A stretch of DNA of 63,826 nucleotides, counting the filler, from Squatina squatina (taxonomy: Eukaryota), in the NCBI GenBank assembly GCA_031763465.1. It is 4 parts of 4 records of this genome, joined end to end, with 100 filler letters (N's around TTAATTAATTAA, not from the genome) between each part and the next. Parts side by side here need not be neighbours in the genome. Positions count along the whole stretch, not along the records: positions 1 to 15,195 come from JARFOE010000121.1; 3 more parts are not named here. One strand, given 5' to 3'. The translations under genes and the position numbers were made by a program. This document shows positions 1 through 12,313 of this stretch, in pieces. How positions within the stretch are numbered: position 1 is the first letter of the stretch; each line of letters opens with the position of its first letter. The notes under the pieces were generated by a model. That model was not told the DNA's origin. It saw only the letters and a list, made by a program, of their open reading frames with translations, and did no database searches.

Positions 1-830
1 ATGTGTTAACGTAAATTGTGAACAACAATTGTCCCAGCACCGATCCCTCAAGAACACCATTTCCCACCTTTTCCCTGACTGAGTAGCCATCTGTAACTCC
101 TGCTCTCTGTTTTGTAGCCAGCTTGTTATCCATTCTGCTAAATGTCCCCTGACTCCACATGTTCTGACCTTAGTCAGCATTTGGTACCTTATCGAAGGCC
201 TTTTGAAAATCCAAATATATTACACCTACTCCATTACCCTGGTCTACCCTTTCTGTTACGTCTTCAAAAAATTGAATAAGGTTGGTCAAGCATGATCTTC
301 CCTTTTAAAATCTGTGCTGACCATGCTTTATTATATTTTCAGTTTCGAGATTTTTTTTATTACATCTTTGAGTAAAGATTCCATTATCTTTCCTAACACT
401 GTTAAGCTAACTGGTCTATTGTTCTCTTTTTAACTATATGAATAATATTAGCTGTCCACCAGTCCTCTGGCACTATTCCCTTTTCTCATGAATTGTGTTG
501 TGTATAATAGTGCTTCTGCTCTCTCTCTCCCCTAACTTCTTTCAGTATGCGCAGAAGCAATCCATCCAGGGGCCTTATCCTCTCTAGGTTTGATTCGTTT
601 ATCAATTATCTCCCCCCTTTCTATCCTAAATGTCTTTATACATTTTTTGATCTCTTCTACTAATGTCATGCCCATCTTGTTAATCTCTCGGGTAAATATG
701 GAGGCAAAATAACTACTCAATATTCCTGCCATTGTCATTACCTGTGAGTTACGTTTATGCTTCCCTTAGTGGCCCTACCCTGACCCTGAATTGTCTTTTG
801 TTGTTTATTTGTCTGTAGAATACTATAAGG
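1..830 (-). mobile_element. CR1 LINE ORF2 (reverse transcriptase) fragment, decayed
   Basis: Minus strand near 183-250 reads RVDQGNGVGVIYLDFQKAFDKVP, a CR1 RT motif. The frame is disrupted by indels. Confidence 0.85.
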
Positions 831-1109
831 GAGTTGATTGTTTTCCCATCAGGCCCAGCCTGTTTATGGCAAGTTAAAATGTCCTTGTAACCTACAGCTG
901 AGCTTTCAACTTATTATTTGGGAATAAGCTGGTTAGCAACAGAGTACTATTCAGGGACAAGGACAGTGTGCACGTAATTAGACCCGGGCGTATTGGATAT
1001 AAGTACAGGGCAAATGGTCAGTGGTTGTTAGAGCTCTCGGGCTGTCCGGACATACCGCGGTCTGGTCAGCTCGTGATCCAGGGTAGCCAGGTTGTATAAT
1101 TGCTTACTT

Positions 1110-1195
1110 ACATAAGAACATAAGAAATAGGAGCAGGAGTAGGCCATTCGGCTCCTCGAGCCTGCTCCACCATTCAATGAGATCATGGCTGATCT
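1110..1195 (-). mobile_element. CR1 3' end with (TTCTTATG)n tail
   Basis: cataagaacataagaaataggagcaggagtaggccattcgg is the reverse complement of the tails at 45037-45108 and 54930-55118. Confidence 0.8.
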
Positions 1196-1237
1196 ATCAT
1201 ACTAATACTAATGTTAATGTTAGCTTTAATAACCTTA

Positions 1238-1510
1238 GGGACCGAAATTGCCTGCTGATGCCCGCCCTGCCCGGCTCTGGGGCGTCTGCGGGACGCTCCC
1301 GAACACTTCTGGGGTGGAGTCGGATGCCAGTGGCGTGTCTTCAGCGCCACGCCACCAGCCTCCGAAACGCCGCGTCTGCGCGTTGCACGCTGACGTCAAC
1401 GCATAGAGCACTGACATCAGCAAGACAGCCAAGCCTCCCTTAAACGGGAGGACCACCGGCCATCCTGAACCCGCTACCCTGGGCCACCGGCGACCAGGCC
1501 ACCAGCCTGG
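1238..1510. mobile_element. GC-rich non-autonomous Harbinger-like element (one end)
   Basis: Starts TTA|GGGACCGAAATT and has a CpG-rich body. The terminus resembles other GGG...AAATT ends in the window. Confidence 0.45.
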
Positions 1511-1511
1511 C

Positions 1512-1796
1512 ACAGATTTAAGGTGATTGGCAGAAGAACCAAAGGCGATATGAGCAAAATGTTTTTTACACAGCAAGTAGCTAGGATCAGAAATTCACTG
1601 CCTGAAAGGGTGGTGGAGGCAGATTCAATCACGGCTTTCAAAAGGAAAGTGGATAAGTAACTGAAGGAAAAGCAAAGGGCTACGGGGAAAGGGTGGGGGG
1701 TGTGGGATTAGCTGAAGGGTTCTTGCAGAGAGCCGGCATGGGCTTGATGGGCCGAATGGCCTCCTTCTGTGCTGTAACCATTCGATGATTCTATGA
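1512..1796 (+). mobile_element. CR1 3' fragment ending in a TTCTATGA-type tail
   Basis: ORF2 C-terminal remnant (FFTQ..V.I.NSLPERVVEADSI), then gggccgaatggcctccttctgtgctgtaaccattcgatgattctatga. Confidence 0.85.
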
Positions 1797-3698
1797 TACA
1801 TTAAATTTAAACTATTTTCAGCCACGCTTTGCTGTAGTTCATCCCACTGAAATGAATGAAAACCTGAACACGACCTTAAAACCAAAGGCACATTTACTGG
1901 AAATACGCAATGTTTATACTCTTTGTACATCAAACTTCGGCTGAAATGATTGATTCTCAAGGGAATGGTCCAGTCAGGATGCTGTCATTTTTTTGCGGTT
2001 TCCGCCAGATACAATTCCATACTTTGAACCAAAAGCTGCAATTTCGTGAAATTTTTGCCCCTCTCAGTCAGTCACCACATGCTGCACTGTGAGAAAAAGC
2101 ACTTTCCGTGTGGCCATAAAAGATACCCAATTGGCCAGTTTTGAAGAGCAGATTCTGCTTAGCTCAATTACCTGGCATGAGTTTGTTTCCACAAGTGTGG
2201 ACTTGAGATCAAATGAAACCAAATGCACCACCACCTGCAAGGAAGACAGAAAATTATTTGTTCTAAGCAATATAATTTTACATTTATAATATAGCACATT
2301 TTATTTTCTTATATACATGAAAAAATTATGGTAATTTGTCATTGATTGTGGGTGCATATTACTAGCCCTAGTATTTTATAACATAAAGCATGCCAGTACA
2401 AATTATCACTGCATCATATGGAAAATTATTTTTGTACAATGTACTTATGGAAATTTCTGGTTATGATAAATAACCTGGTAGATTTTTGGGGGCGAATTGA
2501 ATCACATGGATGCACTGCATAGAGGATAAAAGATCACACACCCATAACATAGCCTGGCCGATCTTCTGTCAACTAATTTAAAAGGATGGAAAACCTTCTT
2601 CTCTCTGTGCAGCGTGCCAAGATCCAAAGTGACCATGCACAATGTTCAGTGCAAACCAAACCACAAGCTACATTAATTAGTGCCCGAAGGCAGGACTCAC
2701 ACAACGAGAGATACAAGACCATGAATTGATCAATGTAAAAGCAGTGGAAATACTGCTGGGCCCTGCCACGCATCTTTAAATTAGACTGACCCTTGGAATA
2801 TTCCAGGGTTAGCAGCACATCTGTCGAGTGGGCAATCGTCTTGCCCCACTATACTTATGGTAGCATTGGCCACTAAAGAGCCATTCTTCTGCGGGCTGTC
2901 TTCAGCATGGAGTATGATATCAGCTAGTTCAGATCTGTATGGATTTAGAATGCTACCTCAGTCTGTTCCAGGTAGGTGCAGGCTCATGCCCGGAAGCTGC
3001 TTGATTGCACCGCTAAATAATATGAATTCAAATTTTAATTGCTTAAAAAGAATTTCCTACTTTGTTCATCCTCACGAAGCATTAAAGAATTTACTGCTTC
3101 TGATTCTCTGCTCTCTAAGGTGTGTAAACTGCAATTGTTTGTAAGAACAGCAAAAGAGTAAAGAGATCGAAGCTTAAACTCAACATGGTTGTGTCAGTTT
3201 TACTGGCGTAGAATGGGCACAACGGTGATGAATTTAGTAGAGTGATGGCCTATGCCCGATTCACACGTGAGTTCGAGCCACCGCTAAATTCCTCAGGCTT
3301 TTATTTCAGCCTGATGACTGCCTGAAATGAACGTCCTGAGCCCACTTCATCAGGGCCCATTTGCTAAATTAATTTACTCCCTGCCTGCACTTACCCTGAT
3401 TTATTCCAATGAGGTCTGAGGTGAGTTTTGGATGGTTCTTAGGCCTTTCTCTTCTAGCACTTGTTATTGGGCGCTTTCAAATTTAGACCCCAAAGTTTCT
3501 TTACAACTAAATGTGAATTAAAAATGAATGTAGAATTCAAGAGATCCAGTTATAGGAATTATGTGCAATTGCTTGGAGTAAAAAATTGGTGATGTATTTA
3601 AAGCCAGTTTTCAAATTTCCTTCCCTTTGCTCGCATGCTGGGCATGATGAGTGTAGTGTCCGCAGACCTGCAGTACCTCATCTAAATGGTCATTCTTT

Positions 3699-4661
3699 GG
3701 GCTGGATTTTACCAGCGGATCTGGAGTGTGTGAGCTCCGTGGCGGATCCTGATCCTGCAGCTGTCCGATCCCAGCCTCCAAATGATTTTACGATGATGGA
3801 GTTTGTTCAGCCCGCCCTGCGAGGTTCCTGGCCAATTAAAAGGAAGCAGGTCTGATGACGTCATCTGATGATACATCATCAACCGGTTTCCTTAAAGGTG
3901 CCATGGCCACATTTATTTTGACAGTTGTGCTGTCAGTGTTCGGCAGCATTGAGGTGCTGCAAACACTGACAAGCACTGCACAAAGGTGCATGTTTGCACC
4001 CAGGCTCTCCCATGACTCACTCCATATGCGTGTGGAGGGAGTCCCAGCATGCAGAAAGTTTCTCTTCCCTTCCAGTGGGTGGAAGAGATCTCCCCAGGAC
4101 ATCAACACAGCTTGTTTGCTCATTGCACAGGAGGGCACAAGCAGCGATGGTGTCAGGAGGACCTGGCTGCAGTGCCGCAAACCTTTCAATGATGTCAGTA
4201 GATCACAAAACTGTACTGCAAAGTTACACTCAACCACATCCTGCTGTGCTACTCATCACACTCCCATCACTCTGGTGTGGGGTGGTGCCAATCTGGTGTA
4301 TCATGTGGCAGCCAGGGCGTACAGCGTCAAGTAAAGTAAATGTAGCCATGGTGAGGCCATCCCTGGCTTCTCGGGCAGCAATGTGGTCAGGTATTGATGC
4401 CCTCTATCCTGTGCAGCAACAGGCAATTGCAGAGTTGTTGGTGCTACTGGTTTGCCTGGTAATGCTGGTGTGCCTGGTGATGTTGGTGTTGGGGCTGATC
4501 GTGATGGGGCTCTGAGGACCAATGTGAAATTTTTTCAAGGGCACCGACGCTGATGGAATAGATGGCACCTGAAGTTGAGATGACAGAAGTGATCTTTCAA
4601 TGGTGACAGAGGTTAGTCAAGGAGATAACACTGGATTGAGTTCAGTCCAAACATTTTAAAC
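3699..4661 (+). mobile_element. PIF/Harbinger relic carrying a Myb/SANT-like ORF
   Basis: Begins GGGCTGGATTTT. About 3990-4205 translates APRLSHDSLHMRVEGVPACRKFLFPSSGWKRSPQDINTACLLIAQEGTSSDGVRRTWLQCRKPFNDVSR, a degenerate Myb/SANT trihelix-type domain (APRFS...RTW.QCRKRFNDL pattern). Confidence 0.75.
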
Positions 4662-5370
4662 NNNNNNNNNNNNNNNNNNNNNNNNNNNNNNNNNNNNNNN
4701 NNNNNNNNNNNNNNNNNNNNNNNNNNNNNNNNNNNNNNNNNNNNNNNNNNNNNNNNNNNNNTTAATTTTTGTATTTAAATATTCCAAAATGCTATATCAT
4801 TATTTTAAATTAGAAGGTGAATTAATAATTAAATAGTAATTGAGAGTGAGGAATTGTAATATAGCTTCATAAAAATTGGATAAATATGTATAAATTAGAC
4901 AGAAAATTAGATAATTTAAATGTAAATACATGAATTGATCAATTGAACAGTTTAATTTAAGCAAAAGACTTCTAAATTTATATTTAAAAAAACCCATAGA
5001 ATTCAATCTGTCTTATATTATTTCCTGCCATTAAATTGAATTGCTCTGCAGATACAGCAACTGCCCTTGTAGATCTCTGGCAGTAATGAACCTTAATGTA
5101 GCTTCAGGCTAAAATGATATAGAAAGGGATATACAAATTGTGCTGAGGAAGTCTCCTTCCCCTGTGTGGTAGCCAGAAGACTCAAATATTTGCATTGAAT
5201 TCCAAAGCATCTTCTCATCCTGTTAACTCTCAATCTAAGGTAGATATCCTGAGACCTGCCACAGGGCAAAAGACCTCACATGCATTCAAAATGGATGGAA
5301 AATTGCAAGTATGGGTTGATGATTTCCAGTGCATTTGCATGACGTGCAAGGTCATGGAAATAGATTCCTT

Positions 5371-5517
5371 GGGACTGAAATTCGGTAGCGCTTTNNNNNN
5401 NNNNNNNNNNNNNNNNNNNNNNNNNNNNNNNNNNNNNNNNNNNNNNNNNNNNNNNNNNNNNNNNNNNNNNNNNNNNNNNNNNNNNNNNNNNNNNGGGGAG
5501 ATCGCAATTTCAGGGCC
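5371..5517. mobile_element. Harbinger-like non-autonomous element whose interior is a gap
   Basis: Left end GGGACTGAAATT and right end AATTTCAGGGCC give a 10/12 inverted match flanking a 100-N gap. Confidence 0.55.
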
Positions 5518-6599
5518 ATTATATTCATCTCTCCTTTTTGACGTGACGAGCTGTCATGGAAACCTGCGTAAGTATTTATATCATCAAATTCCTTTTTATG
5601 AAATTAATTTGTTTTCTCCTCCTGCAATGTCTGTCCTTAAATACATTTCTTTATTCATTTATATCAATAAAAATATATGATTCCAAAATGAATATGATTG
5701 CAGTCAGAAAGGATATTTGGAAAAAATAATACTTTGCTTGACTGTCGAATAAGTAGCATATCTTTGTACTTTTAGTAATTTTCATATGCAACTTTTACAT
5801 CTTTTAATGTTTCATTAAGGGACGCATGTTTATCTTAATAAAATATCATTAGCAGTGACTCAATAAACTATTCACTTATACACGCTTATATTAGTTCTGA
5901 GGCACCAGTTGACTGTTTTATCTTCTCTAATATTGCACGGTCTGTTTAATCCTAGGTTCTTAATTTCTATGCGACTAACATTGATTCGACCTTTTGAAAT
6001 ACCTACTGTATGTTCCAGAATCTTGACAGTGAACATTTATCTACTACACGATGATGCATTATTCATTATTTTTGTTTCCTCTCAGCCTCATTCTTCTTTT
6101 TGTATAAATTAAAAGCTACAATCCACATGGATTTTTGTAATCTTTTGAGCTGGAAATTGTGTTTATCTGTTTTGCTTGAGGAAACAAGTGATCTTTGGCT
6201 GCCAGTGGTTTAATATTCTTGTCCTTGACATCCCACAGCCTCAGAGAGGGAGCATTCAGCCAACCTCTAGAACAGGAAGCTTACGATGCAGTGTTTTAGG
6301 TAGCTTGTTCAGCAAGGGGGATCAATTTAAAAAAAAAATCTGCACTGGTATTTGATAAATAATCTTAAAAGGAAGGTTCAAATTTCAGGAGCACTACATT
6401 CGGCAATTTGTTTTTAGGGAAAATCTCTCCCCTGTCTGGTTTTAAAAAGCTGTTATTATTAGTGAACCTAACACTGTATAATTATCACAAAAAATAGGTG
6501 TTCTAAAGGAGGAGGATGAGAAAAGGTGAGTTCTGAAACACCTGAATAAATATTTGAATCATTTCAATCCAACTGATCAAATTTCCAAGCCAGATCTGA

Positions 6600-6800
6600 A
6601 GCGGAAACCTCCCTGCTCTTCTTCCAGCAGTGACATGGGATCTTCAACATTCAACTGAACCATTGGATCAGGCAGACAAGAGCCTTGCTTAACCTCTTAT
6701 CTATAGAATGAGTGTTTTTCTTTCTCTCAGTTTGGAATCCAAGTTCCAGAAGTGAAAGCCCACTCTTAGCCCACTGCACTAACAGTTCCCAAACCACACT
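6600..6800 (-). mobile_element. Old tRNA-derived SINE with Deu-like core
   Basis: Minus strand contains GAAGATCCCATGTCACTGCTGGAAGAAGAGCAGGGAG, similar to the core at 13965-14000 and 47699-47740, with a degenerate tRNA-like head upstream. Confidence 0.55.
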
Positions 6801-7867
6801 AAGGAACTCAAATTCCATACATGATTCCCACACAAGCAAAGTGCTATGTTACAGTAACATTTTTAAGCAGAAAGCACACAAACCATTAAAAACCAGCTGT
6901 AATAGTGAAAATGAGCCCAGCGATCATTATTATCATATAATGTTCAAAATTCTCCATCAATTTCTTTTTCAGTCTTAATGTTACCTGATCTAAGGACTGT
7001 TTGGCTTAGAACCATTAATTGTCATGTACTTTGTTTTTGTTTGATTTGATCAAAACTGGCAAGTTTAGATTAGGTCTGATGTGTAGTGTGAATTTATGGT
7101 TATTTTTGTTGCATATATATGCCTTATATTCAATCTTGCTTCATAGAATTTGACTAAATTAGCCTTTCATGCTTGTGTTGTAAGTCACAGCTGATTTGTC
7201 ATTTTTTTGAAAACTTTCATGCTTAGTTTTTTGGTAAATCATAGTATTTGCACCTATTATGACATCATTTCCTGACGTGACATAATTCCCATGCAAATAT
7301 AGGCACATTTGACAATAACCTTTGCAGTCATTCCTGAGTGTATTAAGTGTGGTGATTAGAATAAATGTTTGACTTGATTCTAATTTGGCTAAATCTCTCT
7401 GAACTGGCCTGGTTCCTTGTGGTTTACAGGCATCAGAATAATTTCTACTTTGCTGTACATGCACAGAACTACAGATAATAGCTTTGCCTGGCCACTGAAT
7501 TGAACAGCTATTATGAGCACATGAAACACCTCAAGTTAATTTTAGTATCAGATCAGAGCGAGAAATTTAGCGGATGAGTCAAGTGTTCTACTCATTACTT
7601 CAGTTAGTTTTAGACATACGCATGTGCCCATAACATTATGCACTAGGTGACTATATCCATAAACAGCATTCTGCACTCATTTTTTCAGCTCTCAGGCCAT
7701 CCTACTTGCATTATTTATATATTTATATATAAGTTAGAGGACGCTGAGTATATTGATATGCAAAGTCTGCAGGTGACTCAGCTTTAAAGGTGGGCTTTTC
7801 TTCATTGTGAAGTAAAAGCCCAATTTCATTGTTTATTATATGCAGCTGTTAAATCTCTAACTTCTCC

Positions 7868-7950
7868 CAATTCTGACGAAGGGTCACCGACCTGAAACTT
7901 TAACTCTTTCTCCACAGATGCTGCCTGACTTGCTGAGTGTTTCCTATTTA
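7868..7950 (+). mobile_element. Penelope-type short repeat with degenerate hammerhead ribozyme motif
   Basis: CTGACGA-A-GGGTC-ACC-GACCT-GAAAC, followed by ccacagatgctgcctgac..gagt, which is shared with the copy at 45132. Confidence 0.65.
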
Positions 7951-10900
7951 TATTTTGGACTTCCACCACAACCTTCTTACTCAACACCNNNNNNNNNNNN
8001 NNNNNNNNNNNNNNNNNNNNNNNNNNNNNNNNNNNNNNNNNNNNNNNNNNNNNNNNNNNNNNNNNNNNNNNNNNNNNNNNNNNNNNNNCTACCTTGTTTG
8101 AATACCAGTTTCCACCATGAAATAATTATTCTAGAGGCTCTGAAACTGGACCAACAGGCAGACTTAAAAATGTCAGATTAGCATTTGGACCACATTATAA
8201 TTTCATGAGAAGTAGTAAGTGACCCAGAAAAGGTGCAGCAGTATATGATTACATTATTCCACACAACATAGGAAGTGCAAAGGTTTACACAGTTGGTAAA
8301 TTGATTTTGGAAAGATTGCTCCAACATTAAATACCCCGAAGAGGAAAGGGGGTTAAATGCAATTTATCCTGGCCAGTCATCCTTGGTATGCCATGTTAAC
8401 ACAGCACTAGAAAGTCCATGCACTTTACCAAATGCCTGCATCTTTATACACCGTGCTTGTTCAAAGAAATAATTTAAAGCTGAGCTANNNNNNNNNNTAA
8501 CAAAAATAAACTAATATAATTTTCTTTTTTTTTTAGGAAAATTATAACAACTTTATATTGAGCAAATATCATTCCATTCACCATTCCTGGAGTTCCTGAT
8601 GGACAAAATCCATAAACTGATTCAGTTACGTCAAAACTTCTTAGTGGAACGAAGTTGCAGAAGGGATGAACAAGAGCACAACACAAGCACCATTCCTTTG
8701 ATATCCAGACTATTCCCTCCACTTCAAGATCAAAGCTGGTGCCAGCAATGCAGGTCTTGGGACAAGAGGGCCATAATGAACTGATGTTATTCACCAGCAG
8801 AGCCCTTAAGATTGTCAAAATAATTTATAGGACAAGGAGTGCTTACTCGTAATTTGGGCTGTAGAGAGGTGGAGAACCTATCTGGAAGAATCAACCTTTA
8901 TTACATTAACAGATAACTTTCTGTTAAAATGGTTGTTCAGCAGTCCAAGGCCTTCAGTAAGATGGAGTATTATATTGTTAGAGTTTCCCTGTGAGGTTGA
9001 ACACTGTAAAGAGCAGAGTAATCAGGTGTCTGATACCAACTCAAGAGTGCCAATACAGCAAGCAAAAGCAGGTGCCAAACTATTGCTGCACCTCAAGGGA
9101 AGAAGAGCAACATAAATGGGCCTGTTTGTTTGGTTAGTGGATATATAGCAAAGTGCAGAGTTGCAGGAAGATGTGAAATTAGGCCCGCAGTTGGATAAAA
9201 TGTGTAAGGGGAGCTAGCCATCCAGAGGGAAAGAAAATAGAGAGAATGAAAGCTACACCTGCTGTNNNNNNNNNNNNNNNNNNNNNNNNNNNNNNNNNNN
9301 NNNNNNNNNNNNNNNNNNNNNNNNNNNNNNNNNNNNNNNNNNNNNNNNNNNNNNNNNNNNNNNNNATGTTAGTTGCATTGGCCCTTTTATTATATTTAAT
9401 CTTTACTACTCTATGACCATTCCAGGATTAAACAATAAATTTCATCATAATGGCTCCATTAGACGCTCTTGTAAAATTGACATGTTCCCTAGTGCCTATT
9501 TTCTGACATTGTATTGTCTATAAATTGTTGAATACAATTCAGTATTGTGTGTGTGGACAACATTAAAGTCCTAAATTACAACCAGGTATAAGGAAGACTG
9601 AGACTCAGAGGAGCACTATCTAAACATGCCTTGAAGAACAATACACTTCATTGTTTAAATTAAAATATTAAAAAAGGTTGTTTGTCTTCTTATTGAAAAA
9701 TGAATTTCTTCTGCCTGTGGGTTCTCTAAGTAATAAAACAATTATATTGTGGACTAAATGAAACCAATTCTCCACCATTTAATGCCCTGTGTGCACCAGT
9801 TCTCAGCGTGTTAGGGAAAAGAAGGAGGGACTCAATGTCAGGTCACTGCCCTGTCTGTGCTTGATGTGCATTTCCTGGGGTACAGGTGGGAAACTCCTGC
9901 CTGAAGGAGGCAGAGGTCTTTGAATTCAATGCAAATGGTGTGGGAGTGATGTGGTTGCAAGTTTAACTTTGGTTCTGTACTACAGGAATGGAGATCATTT
10001 GGTTGCTGTTTCTCACAGCGGGCCAAAAAATCAATGGTTGCTAGAGGCCTTCAGAAGCACACGCCCTCTGGAAATTCAACTTGGTTCAGCTAAGATCCGG
10101 TATGTGCAAGATGCCTAACTTTAACTGGTAAAAGAAAAGGGGGAAAATTCGCCCCAATAAGTTTTAAGAATTTTTTGACTTGATCAAAATGGATACATTC
10201 CTGGAGATCCCTTCTCATTTATAACATTTTTTTGCTATAAATTTATAAAGTTTTTTTCTTTTTTTTCTCTCTCTTTTGTTCTCTGTTTTTTTCTCTCTTG
10301 TTTACACCCATTATATAGATTTTGGATAAATACGAGTATCGATCTTAACCTCATCAATGTAGGTATTCAGTATAGTCAGTAAATATGGAAATGNNNNNNN
10401 NNNNNNNNNNNNNNNNNNNNNNNNNNNNNNNNNNNNNNNNNNNNNNNNNNNNNNNNNNNNNNNNNNNNNNNNNNNNNNNNNNNNNNNNNNNNNGTGTGAA
10501 AAAGCATAGAGCTGTGACTGTTGTCTGCTTAATTAATTATTTGGTATTAATTTTGAAAATCATTGTAGAGGATTACGTCAGATTAATCTGCCTTCCCGGA
10601 AGAGTTTACCTCCGGTGCAGCTGTAATTCTATGCAATTCTTTAGTGTACAACTGAATTCACATGACACATCTTTATTTAGATTGAAGAGCGAGTAGATAA
10701 TAACAAATGCTGTTAAGAAAATGAAAGAAGAAGGTAAAGTACAAAAATCCAAAGTCACTATTTCCTTATGGATTTCTAATAATCAATTGTAATCAGTAGG
10801 TGTTACACCTATTCAATTTGCTTTGATGAAGGCAGCTTTTCAGCAAGGCCTGGACTGTGCAGTAGATACCCTTGATGCAGGCATCAACACGTTCACAGCA

Positions 10901-11455
10901 ATGACATATGAGTCAGAGCTTTAAAGTCATTATTTTCAGGCTGAATGCACTTTGACGTGAAAAATTATATCAAAAAACTATTAGCATATTTCAACAAATA
11001 TGGAATGAATTACATCAACATCTAATTTAGTCTGCAATCTGAGTGCCCTGCTGTCATATCTACGACCACTTTCATTATGCATAATGTAATTAAATAGAAC
11101 TGTGCCAGAATGGGGACAATGTGCAATGATTCTCTTAATTTAGCCAGTTGCATTCTTTTTTCCACATCACTGAACTTGATCATACTTCATCTGTCTTATT
11201 TAAAGCATTAGCAGTAAAATCTTAGAGAAAGAAATATATATGAAATATGCAAATCAAGCTGGAACATTTGAACATAAATAGCCATTGGTCTTAATTGGCT
11301 TCACTCAACTCGTATTAAGCAGATATAGTTCTCAGTTAACCTCTTTCCATTAGCATTATTGCATTTGAATGATTCATTTCAAGCTCAGCTTTAGGATTGA
11401 ATTAAAAAATTTCTACATGAGAAATTACAGCCAATGTTTAACTGTAGCCAGTTCA

Positions 11456-11970
11456 GAGAATCATACAGCACAGGAGGCGGCCATATGGCCCATTGTGCCT
11501 GTGCCGTGTGTATGAAAGAGCTGTCCAATCAGTTCCACTCCCCTGCTCTTCTGCAAATTTCTCCTTTTCAAGTATATATCCAGTTCCATTTGAAACCGAC
11601 TATTGAATCTGCTTCGACCACCCTTTCAGGAAGTGGATTCCAAACAATAATGCATCGCTGTGCAAAATTTTTTTTATTGCACCTCTGGTTCTTTTGCTAG
11701 TTATGTTGGCAAAGAAAGTCTGGTTACTGGCCCTTCTGCCACTGGAAACAAGTTTCTCCTTATTTACTCAAAACCATTCATGCTTTTGAATGGGTCCATC
11801 AAATCTCCACTTAATTGTCTCTGCTCCGAGCTGAATAACTCCAGCTTCTCCAGTATCTCCATATAACCAAAGTCCCACTTCCCTGGTACCATTCTAGTAA
11901 ATATCCTCTGCATCCTCGAAGCCCTTGACATCCTTCCTAAAATGTGCTGCCAGAATTGGATACAATACTA
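11456..11970 (-). mobile_element. CR1 3' fragment
   Basis: Reverse complement of the CR1 ORF2 C-terminus and 3' UTR (gaatctgcttcgaccaccctttcagg), similar to 1512-1796. Confidence 0.8.
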
Positions 11971-12313
11971 AGCTTTTAAACAGATACTTCTTTACACACT
12001 AAATATTAAAGTGCAAACACATATTTACACAGAGTTGTCAGGCTGTGGAATTCACTTACAGGGTTAGTGGTTGAGGCAGAAAACTTGAACAACATTTAAG
12101 ATTAGACTGGATAGATGAATGAGGGAAAAGGCATTGAATGGATATGGGNNNNNNNNNNNNNNNNNNNNNNNNNNNNNNNNNNNNNNNNNNNNNNNNNNNN
12201 NNNNNNNNNNNNNNNNNNNNNNNNNNNNNNNNNNNNNNNNNNNNNNNNCTTTCATGTTATATCTGCTTATATTTACAGTTGTGAAATAAAAGCTGATACA
12301 CGCATTGACTATC

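Noticed and set aside
860-1109. Possible solo LTR fragment (TATA-like GATATAAGTA)
   Set aside because: No TG...CA ends, TSD or second copy could be identified.
4762-5030. Very AT-rich block
   Set aside because: No periodicity, ORF or recognisable organellar gene.
8474-8818. 114-aa minus-strand ORF and a polypyrimidine acceptor at about 8536
   Set aside because: No recognisable domain, and all three plus-strand frames after the acceptor stop quickly.
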